A stretch of DNA of 63,153 nucleotides, filler included, from Bonamia ostreae (lineage: Eukaryota): assembly GCA_040357525.1 (NCBI GenBank). It is 48 parts of 48 records of this genome, joined end to end, with 100 filler letters (N's around TTAATTAATTAA, not from the genome) between each part and the next. Parts side by side here need not be neighbours in the genome. Positions count along the whole stretch, not along the records: positions 48,826 to 50,038 come from JBDODL010002333.1; positions 50,139 to 51,351 come from JBDODL010002334.1; positions 51,452 to 52,663 come from JBDODL010002335.1; positions 52,764 to 53,975 come from JBDODL010002336.1; positions 54,076 to 55,287 come from JBDODL010002337.1; positions 55,388 to 56,599 come from JBDODL010002338.1; positions 56,700 to 57,910 come from JBDODL010002339.1; positions 58,011 to 59,221 come from JBDODL010002340.1; 40 more parts are not named here. One strand, written 5' to 3'. Shown here piece by piece: positions 49,971 to 61,943 of this stretch. The translations under genes and the position numbers were made by a program. Numbering within the stretch: the first letter of the stretch is position 1; every line of letters begins with the position of its first letter. The notes beneath the pieces were generated by a model. The model did no database searches, was not told the origin of the DNA, and saw only the letters and a program-made list of their open reading frames with translations.

Positions 49971-50269
49971 TTTAGAGCTTAAAAATAATAATAGAAATCT
50001 GATATAGAAAGCTAAGTTAAAATTAAAATTTGGAAAATNNNNNNNNNNNNNNNNNNNNNNNNNNNNNNNNNNNNNNNNNNNNTTAATTAATTAANNNNNN
50101 NNNNNNNNNNNNNNNNNNNNNNNNNNNNNNNNNNNNNNAATAACATTTTTAAATTAATTAAAATCACATTTTTTTTTAAATTGTTCAGTTTTGAATTCTA
50201 AATTTTTTTGGGGTTTAAAGACCAAAATTTCCGAAAATTTTGATAAATTTTGTTAGTTCTGACAAAATT

Positions 50270-51351
50270 AAAAAATTTTGAAAACGTATCCCCACAAATG
50301 CCCTTCTTTGAGACCCGTGATTCCAAAACAAGCTTTTGAAGTTGTTTCCAGAGCAGCTGCGTACATGTTGCCGTTTTCTTTAGTGTGCAACGAAATTTTT
50401 CCGATCTGGTTATCGAGCGAAAAATCCACTGCAAATATTCCTGAGACAGTGACCCCACCGACAACATAGTTTTCAAAAGCAAATGTCTTGTTTTCTCTTT
50501 GCGCTTTAATTTTAATATTTTGGTCGAATCGACGGAGGTTTGAAGTACTTATAACAGATTGAACCAAAAAAATCAGATTGAACCAAAAAACTTTCCGAAA
50601 CACTAGAAATTGTTTGGGAGGGCGCCTGTAGATATCTATCTCGAAAATCTGCTTTGAGGATATTAATGGCTCCTTTATCGTGATTGCTCTTCGACCCACT
50701 TTTGCTTAATTTTATCACTTTCCCAGCCACCAAACTTTCTCGACTAAAATTGGCATCGCCCTTTAAAGCGTTTTTGGAAACTTGCCAAAAACAAGTTTTG
50801 TTGGTAACATTGACATGTCAATTACCCGTTAAACAATAATTTTTGATACTTTGATGACAATGAATATTCGGGACATTTTTTTACAAATATAAAAATTGTC
50901 TTTAAAACGGAAATTTTGTCGTTTAAGAAGCCGCTTTGGAAAACGCGGATACACATCGGCAATCTTTGGTATTCTGGTTTTATTTTGATGGAAGCAGTGC
51001 TCCATGAGGTTTCTACCCCTTTTTGGACCTGAGCAGCCTCGCTTTTATAAATAGCGATCATTTTTTTGTGTTCCTTAACAAGAAATGTGAAGTACATGTA
51101 ATCGGATTTGACTGGGATGTCCAACGTTTTTATCTTTAGCGCCAGATGTTCAGATTCTCTCTCCATTTCTGTTAAGCGCAATTTTGAATTCTTAAAGTTA
51201 ATTTATTTTTGCCAAACTTTGTTGTTGTGTTCGAGAAAAGTTTCAGAATTGGCTTTAAGTATCATAACTTCTTTTGGCTTGTGAGAAATGTCAGAAGATT
51301 GAATGATATGATATCCGACCAAGTATGTGGATTGATTGCGTGTGCCATATA
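50270..51351 (-). CDS. Protist copine-like protein (C2 region plus start of vWA), internal fragment
   Basis: FAFENYVVGGVTVSGIFAVDFSLDN...SLH...NMYAAAL...WGY parallels copine [24 protein letters not shown]...SLH...NEYLTAL...FGF; an upstream IYKSE...W C2-like segment. Confidence 0.7.
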
Positions 51352-51459
51352 NNNNNNNNNNNNNNNNNNNNNNNNNNNNNNNNNNNNNNNNNNNNTTAAT
51401 TAATTAANNNNNNNNNNNNNNNNNNNNNNNNNNNNNNNNNNNNNNNNNNNNAAGACTCT

Positions 51460-52645
51460 TTAATAGTAAAGATTTAGTTTGAATGCATCAAGCGGATGTG
51501 TGCCAAAACAATTTCTAAGTCTTTCATCATCTCCAGCTTTTAACAACTGTTTTCCCCAAAGCCTCATATCATAATTTGGATGTAATAATTTTTTATTTAA
51601 AATTCGATAGAATTGTGCAGTACATTGTTTATAATTGTTTTTTTACGAAAAAAATCTAAAAGTTCTTCTTCATATTGACTATTTGGATATACTTTACAGC
51701 AAACATAAATAAGTAGACATCCAAGATACCAAGAATCAGTAAAAAATCCAAATTTATGGTATTTACGCAATTCCTCCGGTTTTATCATATCTGACATATT
51801 GATATTTTTTAAAGTCCAAGTTGTCCTGACGCATGATTCAAAATTAGAGATTCGAATATTATCGCCACTACTGATAAGAATATTTCCTGGGTTTAAACCA
51901 AAATATACATATCCCTGTTCATCGTGTAAATATTCCAATCCTCGTATTATATTTCGAAAATATTTTTCTAGAAAATTATTTTAAAACTTATCTGGTTTTC
52001 TTTCAAATTTTCACACTTAACAATTGCTCTAAAATTAGATTAAAAACTCTAAATCAGTAGCGCAATGTTCCATTACAAAAAAAGTCATGCCATTAGATTC
52101 AAAGATATGGTAAAGTCTGACGATGTCACTGGCATTGTCTTCGGCAGCTTTCATTAGAATTTCTCCTTCTTTTGCATTGTAAGCGGTAGAGGAGAAGATT
52201 TTGACGGAATATTTTTGACGATCCGCTTTATCGGTCACTTGATTTTAAATTGAAACTTGTTGTGGTAGTTCCTATATCTGGGTTTAATTTAGGTATCTTT
52301 AAAACATAATCCCTCATTGATTTTGAACATTGATCACCATGCACTATTTTAATAAGTATAAAAACTTTGACATGTGCATTCTCTAAATTCAGATTCTTTG
52401 ATAACTTCATATTTTAATTGATTTTTAATCTGATTAAATTTTGTATAAAAATTTTGATGATTTTTAAATGATGTTTAAACTTTTGCACATTCCACCGCAA
52501 AAAAATTAAATTTAATAAACAAAATTTCAAAAAAAAATAAACTTCTTCTTCTGAAATATCTGCGACAAAAGATACAAAGACAAATGCAGATAGCAACAAT
52601 AGAAACCCCCGAAAGAATTATTATTACTGTAATTACCGTGTCCAT
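51460..52645 (-). CDS. Protist membrane-anchored kinase-fold protein, predicted pseudokinase, multi-intron
   Basis: Exon 1 reads MDTVITVIIILSGVSIVAICICLCIFCRRYFRRR; kinase subdomains YSVKIF, IVRLYHIFE, FFVMEHC, GLEYLH, YFGLNPGNILI, IRISNFES and TDSWYLGCLL. Confidence 0.85.
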
Positions 52646-54075
52646 TTTTATTTATTCAATTTTNNNNNNNNNNNNNNNNNNNNNNNNNNNNNNNNNNNNN
52701 NNNNNNNTTAATTAATTAANNNNNNNNNNNNNNNNNNNNNNNNNNNNNNNNNNNNNNNNNNNNTGTTAAAGGGCTTTCAACAAATGCGTTTTAAGTAAGT
52801 AATTCGCAAATTTCATGGTTGTTATGATATAATTTATAGATAGAATGGGTCAAATAATATTTGACGTGTTTTATACCAATTGTTATATCGTTCTTTACAT
52901 AGCGATATTTACTACGGATTACTCCGTTTCCTTCATTAAAATGAAGTTGTTGTGACCGGTCGACAGGGTCCCCCTAGATACCCGATTCCAACTTTGTTTT
53001 TCTTTGGGTACGTGCTTGCCCTACTCTTAATTTTGTATATGACATTGATCTGTTCATTATCTTCTCTTTAAGAAGATTCTATAAGCATAAATATTCCTGA
53101 AAATAATCATTAGGAAACACTTTATCGTAAAGACAGTAGTTGTAATAAATGCACAAAACAGTCGAACTTTCAATGCAAGTGTGAAATTATCGCATACCTG
53201 AATTTTCAACTTCTTGCTTGTTCTTCAAAATTTAAAAGATGTAAATATTAGTATACAGTAATAACATATTCAAGGATCATTTCCTAAAATACTGAAAAGT
53301 ATACCTGTCATGATTAAAAAGTGCTGACTCTTAAGATATTGCAATTATAATACCCACTAAAGCCACAATTAAAAAAAACAATAGTGCAATAAGGCTATAT
53401 TAGCAATTTTAAATATTACCCTAAAACGTTTAGCAAATGAAAATGTTCGTGTATGGAAACTGCAAAGGAATTACAGTGTTATCTTTCATTACCAACAAAA
53501 TATTTTCTTTACAAAGTTTTCACAAAATTGTGATTTCTAGTAGCTTAAATTGTCTTTATTTCAAATCGATTTCTGTTCATTTTAGAAGAATTAACTATTC
53601 CAATTGGTTATGTATAACTGAAATGCTTAATGAGTTGCATTTGAATCAGAAAACTTCCAGTTTATAAAACGTCTATAAAATATTTTCCATTATAGCCTCC
53701 TTCAAAATGATATCAAAATTTTATAGATCTGCAGTTTCATTAATGAAATATAATTTGATCCAATGTGGGTCGGATACCTTGATATGCAATTTAAAGATAT
53801 CGCAAACATACGTTCTGGTATATTGCAGAATTAAAACTCATTAGATGAAAGGATATGAAAATATATACCCAACGTATGCTGTTCTCGACGTAGTGCTTTT
53901 CGCCAACATTACACTTCTCGCAAAGAAATCCATCAACAGGAAATGATTTCTGATTGATAAATGAGTTGTCTTTTTNNNNNNNNNNNNNNNNNNNNNNNNN
54001 NNNNNNNNNNNNNNNNNNNTTAATTAATTAANNNNNNNNNNNNNNNNNNNNNNNNNNNNNNNNNNNNNNNNNNNN

Positions 54076-55274
54076 ATCGAATAACAGATCAGCTCAGAAA
54101 CAGTTCTTTTCACTTCTTTTACGATCCGTTTTTCTTTTGACAATTGATCCATTTTTCTGATAAAGTTTGGCCAAAAATCGTTTTCTGCAGTCGTTAGTGT
54201 GTAAATAAGTTCTTTTTCGAGCACTTTTCGTTCTTTTGGGCTCATTTGGATGTTTCCGAATGTGTTTTTGAAGTTTGGAGACTAATTTTTTTAAAAAAAA
54301 CATGTTTTCGAAATAAGAAGTCGCCGTAATTTGCGCCTCTGGAAATTTTGTTTTATTAATTTTTTTAATTTCGATCAATTAATTTTTATAAATTTGTTTT
54401 TGTCCGATCAATTTTTATTTTAAAATTTAGTTTTGTTAAATAATTTAGTTTCATATTAAAATTTGACCTTCTTCTTTTCGAACTCTGTAAATCTTCCATC
54501 CAGAGCAAACAAAGCGCTCTTTGATTTTTATCAAACAGATCTGAATTTTGGATTGTCCTCAACAACGACAATAATGAAGTAATGTCCGAATTTCGACCAT
54601 TTTCGGAGTTTCTAAAGCTTTCAAAATATATTTTGACGAAAAATTGAGTTTTTTCGAAAAAACTTCTTTTCTCTTCAACTTTTTCAAATTTTTCAGTGTT
54701 TTCAATTTTTGATAAAAGTTCTTCAATTGTCTAAATTTTAAAATTTAAAATTTGTTTTTTTAGCAAAATAGCTAAAATCTGTTTAAAAAATAACCAAATT
54801 TTTTGGTAAAACTTCATTCCAAATATCTGACCAAGTCATATCCAAATCGACTTCATTCTCTTCTGCCAAAATTAGACTTTTGTTTTCCGTGTGATTTAAT
54901 GTTATTGCTCTTTGTGACAATATCTCATCAATATTCTTTTTACCAAAAAAATCGTTAATTTTTAAATTTTATCTTTTCTGATATTTTTGCAAAACTTGAT
55001 TAAAGAAAGAATCAGAAGCCAAATTGTCATCTTTGAAGATCTCAAACGCACCATGTTTCAATGACAATTCAATATCTTGTTCATCAATATCTTTTATTCC
55101 GATTGTTGTTCTAAGTTTGATTATAATTGAAACTCTTTTTGTTTTTCGAGATTGAGAATGGATCGATCCAATTGCAATTTTTTGGACGCTCTTAAGAACA
55201 TTTCTTTTTCGTAAGTTTTTGCTGTTATCAGTCGGTAAACGCAAACTTCTTCTATTTGGCCGATTCTGTGACAT
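54076..55274 (-). CDS. Protist hypothetical protein, multi-exon, 3'-truncated
   Basis: Successive minus-strand ORFs are separated by short AT-rich intron-like segments; composition matches the other protist contigs; no family recognised. Confidence 0.55.
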
Positions 55275-55387
55275 CGAGATTGTGCTTNNNNNNNNNNNNN
55301 NNNNNNNNNNNNNNNNNNNNNNNNNNNNNNNTTAATTAATTAANNNNNNNNNNNNNNNNNNNNNNNNNNNNNNNNNNNNNNNNNNNN

Positions 55388-56388
55388 TCAATTGATTTTC
55401 TGATTAATCCTCGAAGCAATCCGAGTAGCTTTCATCAACTCCTTTTTGGAATGGATGTCGTGAAAAACAGAGAAAGATTAGGCGTTTTCTTTTGCGAAGA
55501 AGTTTTATTTCCCGGCTATCGATTAAAATGTTCTGTTTCCGATCAAAAGTTTAAATTTTAATGTCCAACGCGTTCCTGCAAGCGTTATTTCTATCTTATG
55601 TGTTTTTGAACAGGTACATCAAATTACTCCAACGCTGCCGCAAAGAAAACAGAGAGTTTGCTTTTGCGTACAGGCGGTGGCAAGATTTTGCTGATTACAG
55701 CTCTGTCAAGGAAAACACTATATTCCAACCACGAACCGAAAAAATGTTGGTCGTTTGTGTGGCAAAAGTCAAAGCTGTTAAGACCAAAGAAGATGACACG
55801 ACTCAAATCATTTGCGAAGGAATCGCGAGAAAATTGGCTGTTTGTCTTGAAATCGAAGAAATGGCAAATGGTATTGATGTCGTAGAATTGACCGAATGCC
55901 CAATACAAAAAGTTGTGATACTGAAAATTAACAAAAAGGTGCATCCTAATTGCGAAAACGAGGGACAAAGAATCGACATGGTAAAAATGTTCAAAGAAAT
56001 GATGAATATAAGAATTCTCCAATTCAAGATCCAGTATCCCTTGGAATCGGTTGATTATACTATTCCAAAAGAAGGGGTCGAGTTCCCATATTGGTTCTTC
56101 GGATACTTTTTGCCCAGTTTTAAATTTTCAATATGACAACGTGTAACAGTGATTGAGTACAAGGACAAGAAACTGATGGATGGATTTGCATACGAGTGTA
56201 TTTGCTCGAAGAATAGATTGGAAAGAATGTTGATTGTGAGCATCGCGTTTGAAAACATGATCAACAAGTTTCATCGAAGACACGACTTTTACGGTTTTAT
56301 CGTTTTTGGATTCTTGGTGGCTGCAGCTATTTACATTTTTTTGCATTTTCAATTTATTTTTAACGAATTGTTTGTTTTAAATATTTGA
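55388..56388 (+). CDS. Protist LON substrate-binding (PUA-like) domain protein, LONRF-like, with C-terminal hydrophobic helix; two introns
   Basis: Spliced LGVFFCEEVLFPGYRLKCSVSDQKYIKLLQRC....REF...CVAKVKAV...IICEGIAR parallels LPIFV...FPxxxxPLHVFEPRYRLMIRRC; ends FYGFIVFGFLVAAAIYIFLHF. Confidence 0.7.
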
Positions 56389-57304
56389 TTGATTTTTATA
56401 AAAAGTGCAATTCGTTTATATACTCAAGTATGGCTTTTTGTAGCATAGTATTAATGCCACGATGATTGTAGTAACAAACAAAAAAGATCCGAGAGGAACA
56501 ATAACATAAAAAAGAAGTGTTTGAATTGATTCATCTTCATCATCGAAACCTGTTAACTCTTCTTGAATTTGATTAAAATTAATGATATGTCAAGAAATGN
56601 NNNNNNNNNNNNNNNNNNNNNNNNNNNNNNNNNNNNNNNNNNNTTAATTAATTAANNNNNNNNNNNNNNNNNNNNNNNNNNNNNNNNNNNNNNNNNNNNT
56701 CTTTTTTAATACAACAGCATTATCCACGCAGTAAGAGCATAAGGATAAAAAGAACTGTGTGTGTGTTAAAGAAAGTTACCAATATTAATTGGGGATATGT
56801 AAAACATAACCGCAAATGATTGTCTAAATTTTTAAACCGCAGCAACATTGATTTGTTTAGAAATATTTACAGTGACACTTCTCCGTAGCTTTTCACAAGT
56901 ACACGTATATAAGTATGCACATGAAAGCTATAATTTCAAACGATTGAAATTCTGCTACAGTCGATTTTGAGACACACGATAGTGTCCATGGCCAGTTAGT
57001 ATCATAATTCGAAGATGTATTAGTGTATATAGTGTATCTAAATATCAAAGACTATCGGAAAAGCAAATTTCATAACAGTCGTTTAATCTAAAACTTACCC
57101 ATATCGATGTTTCTGACACTTATCTTCGCCTCGTACTCGATATATGTAGATCTTAAAATAACAGTTAGAAACTAAACATCATAATGCATAATAAAAATGA
57201 AGTTAAACAGATTGGAGGTGTAGTGATGTTGGTTGTGTCGATGACCCATAACCAAAGTGCATCGTCATGCTTTTAACAGGTGGGAATGTGATACCATTAA
57301 AGTC

Positions 57305-57773
57305 ACACGCGGATCCAGGATTTTTCCAAGGGGCTCTAACTTTTTGTTAGAACTATGGAATATTAGTTACAGGGTGGGTGTAAAATACAATTTAGTGGAG
57401 GTGGGGAACTGAATCCTCAGCGACAAGTGGTCTGGGAGCCACCCTCAGCCTCCAGTGAATCTAGGATCAAGTACTGTTGAAACTCAGAGTGTAAAGCAGC
57501 TAGAAGCTCCCATGTTCTTAATCTGATAGAAAAGACTAGCATAGAATACTTTAAAAATCTAATATGGAATAGAAGTATAAATGGGGGGGGGGTCTACCAG
57601 GGGCTGTCCCTATTTCGATGCATGTTTGTGTAGTTTTAGGCAGGGGGAAATCGTATCTTTGATATTTCTAGGGGTCACCTGATATCTTCAGCACACTTAT
57701 GATATATTTATTGACAATTCCAGAAGGGGGTATTCCGGACCTCAGCAGTCAGCTCCCTATAGATTTGCGCGTG
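57305..57773. mobile_element. Degenerate MITE-like element (host)
   Basis: Begins CACGCGGATCCAGGATTTTT and ends with the imperfect inverted TAGATTTGCGCGTG; a related GGATCCGCCCCTG end occurs near 36675-36690. Confidence 0.4.
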
Positions 57774-58010
57774 GAGGTAAATATGAGAAAATAATATTTC
57801 GTTCGTTTTTATGAAAAGGATATGTGAATGTTATCTGGATTGATTCAAAAGAATGATATGACCGTATGTAGGGGATGTTCAGATAATTTCTACAACTTGA
57901 TTGATTGTATNNNNNNNNNNNNNNNNNNNNNNNNNNNNNNNNNNNNNNNNNNNNTTAATTAATTAANNNNNNNNNNNNNNNNNNNNNNNNNNNNNNNNNN
58001 NNNNNNNNNN

Positions 58011-58550
58011 AACAAAATATTTCGCATTGCAACAAATTGGTAAAAAATAAACAATATCGCCATAAGCATGTCTTCCACAAACGATCGATTTTTTCCATCC
58101 CGGAACGAGACGAGGAATATTATTACAGATGATCGGCTCGCGAAAAACAGTGCCGTTCAATATTCCTCTGATTTTTCCATTCGGGCTACGCCACATCTTC
58201 TTCAATCCAAATTCTTCCACCCTTTTTTCGTCTGGCGTTATTGTCGCGCACTTGACGCCCACGCCGAACTTTTTAATGGCGTGCGCTGCGTCGATAGTGA
58301 CTTGGTCATTTGTTTTGTCTCTGTTTTCAATACTCAAATCGAAATATTTGACGTCCATTTTGAGATGCGGAAAAATCAGTTTTTCTTTAATCGCAGCCCA
58401 AATTACGCGAGTCATTTCGTCTCCGTCCATTTCAACGACAGAGCCCTTTACTTGAATTTTGGGCGTTGTTGTGTTAAAGAAGCGCAAATTAGCATTTTGC
58501 AGACTTTTATTTCCAAACTTTTGCAGATTTCTAGAAATATTGTAAACCAT
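58011..58550 (-). CDS. IDH2: Protist NADP-dependent isocitrate dehydrogenase with an N-terminal presequence, 5' part
   Basis: [51 protein letters not shown] and GRHAYGD; about 30-aa basic, acid-free N-terminal extension. Confidence 0.95.
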
Positions 58551-58630
58551 TTTTTAAGCTTTTGATTGAGCTTATTATATTGCGTTGCTTGCATATAATT
58601 CGCATTTGATCTTTTTCGCGTTTACATAAA

Positions 58631-59197
58631 ATGCAAATAATCGTGCTTGTTCCAGGACGACCAATAATTTCTGAATTGGTTTCAGCTGGAGAGGGTAAAT
58701 ACACTGTCGATTTGCAGTCGCCAAACCAAATCGCAGTTTTCACTCTTTCCGTTTTGCCAAACCAGTTACCGACTGGATATGGCATCGGGGTGCAATATAG
58801 TTTGGATAACTTCCAAAACTGGGATTTTGTTGGCGTTATCAACGATAACTGCCCAACCGCCACTTGTAAATTTTTTGTAAATAATGAAACGGAATTTAAA
58901 GGGGACGCGCCGTGGTCGGTCGTTCCATCGAACGCTTTAAGTTCGACGGTTCGGTTGGGATTTGCGGTTTTGCCGAATCAGTCTTTAAAGGCGTTATGGG
59001 AGCGAAACGAAAAAACGAAGCACGAAAATAAAATAAAGTATGCACAGAAAATAGCTCGGAATTTGGTCGATTATTTGACAAGCTTCACAAATTCGCAAAA
59101 CAGAGGCGTTTTTGAAGTTTCGGACAGCAGATTGGAGAATTGGTACCAGAAATTTTGCCGCAAATTGAATTTTGACTCCAAATTTATGAAGGAGTAA
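58631..59197 (+). CDS. Protist Hikeshi/OPI10 (DUF775) family protein, complete and intronless
   Basis: VPGRP...LPTGYGIGVQYS...WDFVGVINDNCPTA...YAQKIARNLVDYLTSF...LENWYQKFCRKLNFDSKF. Confidence 0.88.
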   Translation: MQIIVLVPGRPIISELVSAGEGKYTVDLQSPNQIAVFTLSVLPNQLPTGYGIGVQYSLDNFQNWDFVGVINDNCPTATCKFFVNNETEFKGDAPWSVVPSNALSSTVRLGFAVLPNQSLKALWERNEKTKHENKIKYAQKIARNLVDYLTSFTNSQNRGVFEVSDSRLENWYQKFCRKLNFDSKFMKE

Positions 59198-61943
59198 ATT
59201 TAAATAAGATTTTTTGTAATTNNNNNNNNNNNNNNNNNNNNNNNNNNNNNNNNNNNNNNNNNNNNTTAATTAATTAANNNNNNNNNNNNNNNNNNNNNNN
59301 NNNNNNNNNNNNNNNNNNNNNTGAAATATGTTTTGACATTCTCACAACATATCTTGATACGTTACACATGCATGATGATATGTCTTCAGAGTTAGGATTG
59401 GTGTTTTAACATTAAATTTTAAACCTAAAAATGAAGTGAATATCTGTGAAAGTGAATTAGAAATAATGCCACATTCGCGACACTCTAATGTTTTGTTTCC
59501 GTTTTGCACACATTTGGATAGATAAAAATGTGTGCATAATCTATCAATAATGACGTGACTGCTACAGTTATACTTGGTCAACATATATATATCTAAAACT
59601 TTGGATAAACCACTTTTGCATTGTATTTCTTGATTCACTTTAATTACAACAACCATTTATAAAATATTTTCGACAATTCATTTTTCGTTTATTTCATAAA
59701 CAGCTTGAATTTAAGGAAAAGCTATTATAAATATAAGAATCGTCGTACATCGCATTTACCAGCACTATCAGTTGAAGATGTGATTGATTATAGAGGTAGT
59801 ATAAATAATTTGTTATTTTTTCGTTACTTGTAGATCAAAATTTTATTTTTTCATGTTTTTCCCAAATTCTTTTTGTTTGAAATCATAAGAATAATTAAAT
59901 GAATTATGCTGTAATATGGATAAATCGTTGGTGGAAAATATACAATAAGTGTTTTCAAAACATAATTTACAGTGTTTAACCATTGTCTTAAATCTAATAA
60001 TTGGATGTGTACAAAACATTAACGCACATCTGAATCGAAATTATATGCGTGTGTAATAATGGAGGAAAACAATATAGCAATGCACCTGGATCAAGAAAGC
60101 ATGCGACATTTTTGTACTATTTCTTAGGTGGGATATTAGAATCAATTTATAATTGCACTTGTGTTTTTGTACTTGTATAGGGAATGTAGTTTTGATGAAT
60201 ACATTCTGACTTTCTGCTATAGCTGAGATACATGACCCTCGAATCGTAGATGCATCTCTATCTAATGATTTGTAACAAATCAAAGCACGGTTATAACAAT
60301 CACATCTATTATGGATTAACGCATATTGTGAAATGGAATTGATAGCCCATGAATGAAAAATAAAGACATGTTGATTGAGAGTGTTTTCAACTGATAGATC
60401 CCTTTAGCCGTGTTTTACTTTGATGGAATTAGGAGTGGAAATGTTTTTATCAATATTGATCAGAGGCAGAACCCGATATATATCAAAATCTTATTCATGT
60501 ATTATGACATTGTTCACTTATTGTGTTAGTATNNNNNNNNNNNNNNNNNNNNNNNNNNNNNNNNNNNNNNNNNNNNTTAATTAATTAANNNNNNNNNNNN
60601 NNNNNNNNNNNNNNNNNNNNNNNNNNNNNNNNGTATAAAACGGATATATTGTGAAATATTTCTTTCTTGCATGCTATTTTTCGCGATTCAAAATTGACGG
60701 TCCTTCTACTTCTCCAACAGAGCTAGAGGTATTCATCTTTTGAACACATGGCCTTGGAATCGAGAGTAAAAGTCAAATCGTATCGGTCTGTAAACAGGAA
60801 ATCCAAACAAATGCATATTGAAGGGCTTTTGGTGGTACTTTATTTGTACTTGCTTTTGAATGAAAGGAAACTCTGAAGTTTCAACTTCCCTCTTTAGTTC
60901 AATGTCTTAAAGTTTTAATCTGTGCCAGTTTTAGGTCTATAAAACTCAACTTTTAGGGCTGAAATGTACCAAGTCTGGTCACAATCCACTTTCAAAATTT
61001 TCTGAATCTGTCTCTATCTTACACGTATCAAATTGAAGATTGTAATTCGAATTTTATGAAATTCTACCCCAACCCTTCAGATCGTCTAATTAGAGACCCT
61101 CTTCATTTCCAGTGCATTTCCGTAACTGACATTAACTTCATACACAAATAAGCATTGTAGATTACAATTTGTTCCTTAGCTTTTGATTAGTCACTGTTCC
61201 TTTTTCTGCAAGATCATGCATGAGGAAGTTGACTCACTTGCCCCTTGTTTATTTTATTATTTTTACTTGTCGAGAGATAATTATGCTATACTTCCAAGTA
61301 CATGTATCTACACCACTGGTTTCATATCACTAAACATTGTGATTTTACCTAGTACTAAAACCATCAGGGTTTGACACTGCATGTACCTTTCTCTAAGATA
61401 ACAGTCAGGTTTTGTGACGAAAATAAAATACTAGCCCCACATCGACATTATTAACTTGCAAAGGGATGATGGAGTGGCAGTGGAAAGGAGTTTCACCATC
61501 ATGTTGGTGGATGTAGGAATTCTTACATGAACGTACCTTTCTTTTCTCTACATTTTGCAATTGGAAATAATCTAATTTTTGTGATGTAACCTCAGGTTGT
61601 TTAGATTAAAGAATTAATGTTAAAACACTTTATAATGGAGGGCAATTAAACGTTCATCGTAAACACAACGATTGAGGTTAAGACCAGACTCCCATGATTT
61701 TGAATAAACGTCGGTCAGCGAAGATCGATTGATATGTAAAATATTTATATGTTAAAATATTTGTTTTAAGCTATGATTTTGAAATGAATAGAGGAATGAA
61801 GTTCATATTTGACACAGAATTAATATGCCTAATTGTTATGACCNNNNNNNNNNNNNNNNNNNNNNNNNNNNNNNNNNNNNNNNNNNNTTAATTAATTAAN
61901 NNNNNNNNNNNNNNNNNNNNNNNNNNNNNNNNNNNNNNNNNNN

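Larger units (their letters stand above)
1228..61943. other. 47 artificial contig-joining spacers (N44-TTAATTAATTAA-N44), first at 1228-1327 and last at 61844-61943
   Basis: The identical 100-nt spacer recurs about every 1.32 kb. TTAATTAATTAA puts stops in all six frames. Contig lengths fall steadily from 1227 to 1210 nt. Confidence 0.99.

Noticed and set aside
55468-55486. ACAGAGAAAGATTAGGC resembles the U6 snRNA ACAGAGAAGATTAGC core
   Set aside because: It lies in the reading frame of the LON-domain gene (N-R-E-R-L-G) and flanking U6 elements are absent.
58068-58863. Antisense ORFs overlapping IDH and Hikeshi (similar cases at 18813-19292, 35082-35486, 55624-56022)
   Set aside because: They are shadow frames of real genes on the opposite strand, with no recognisable protein features.
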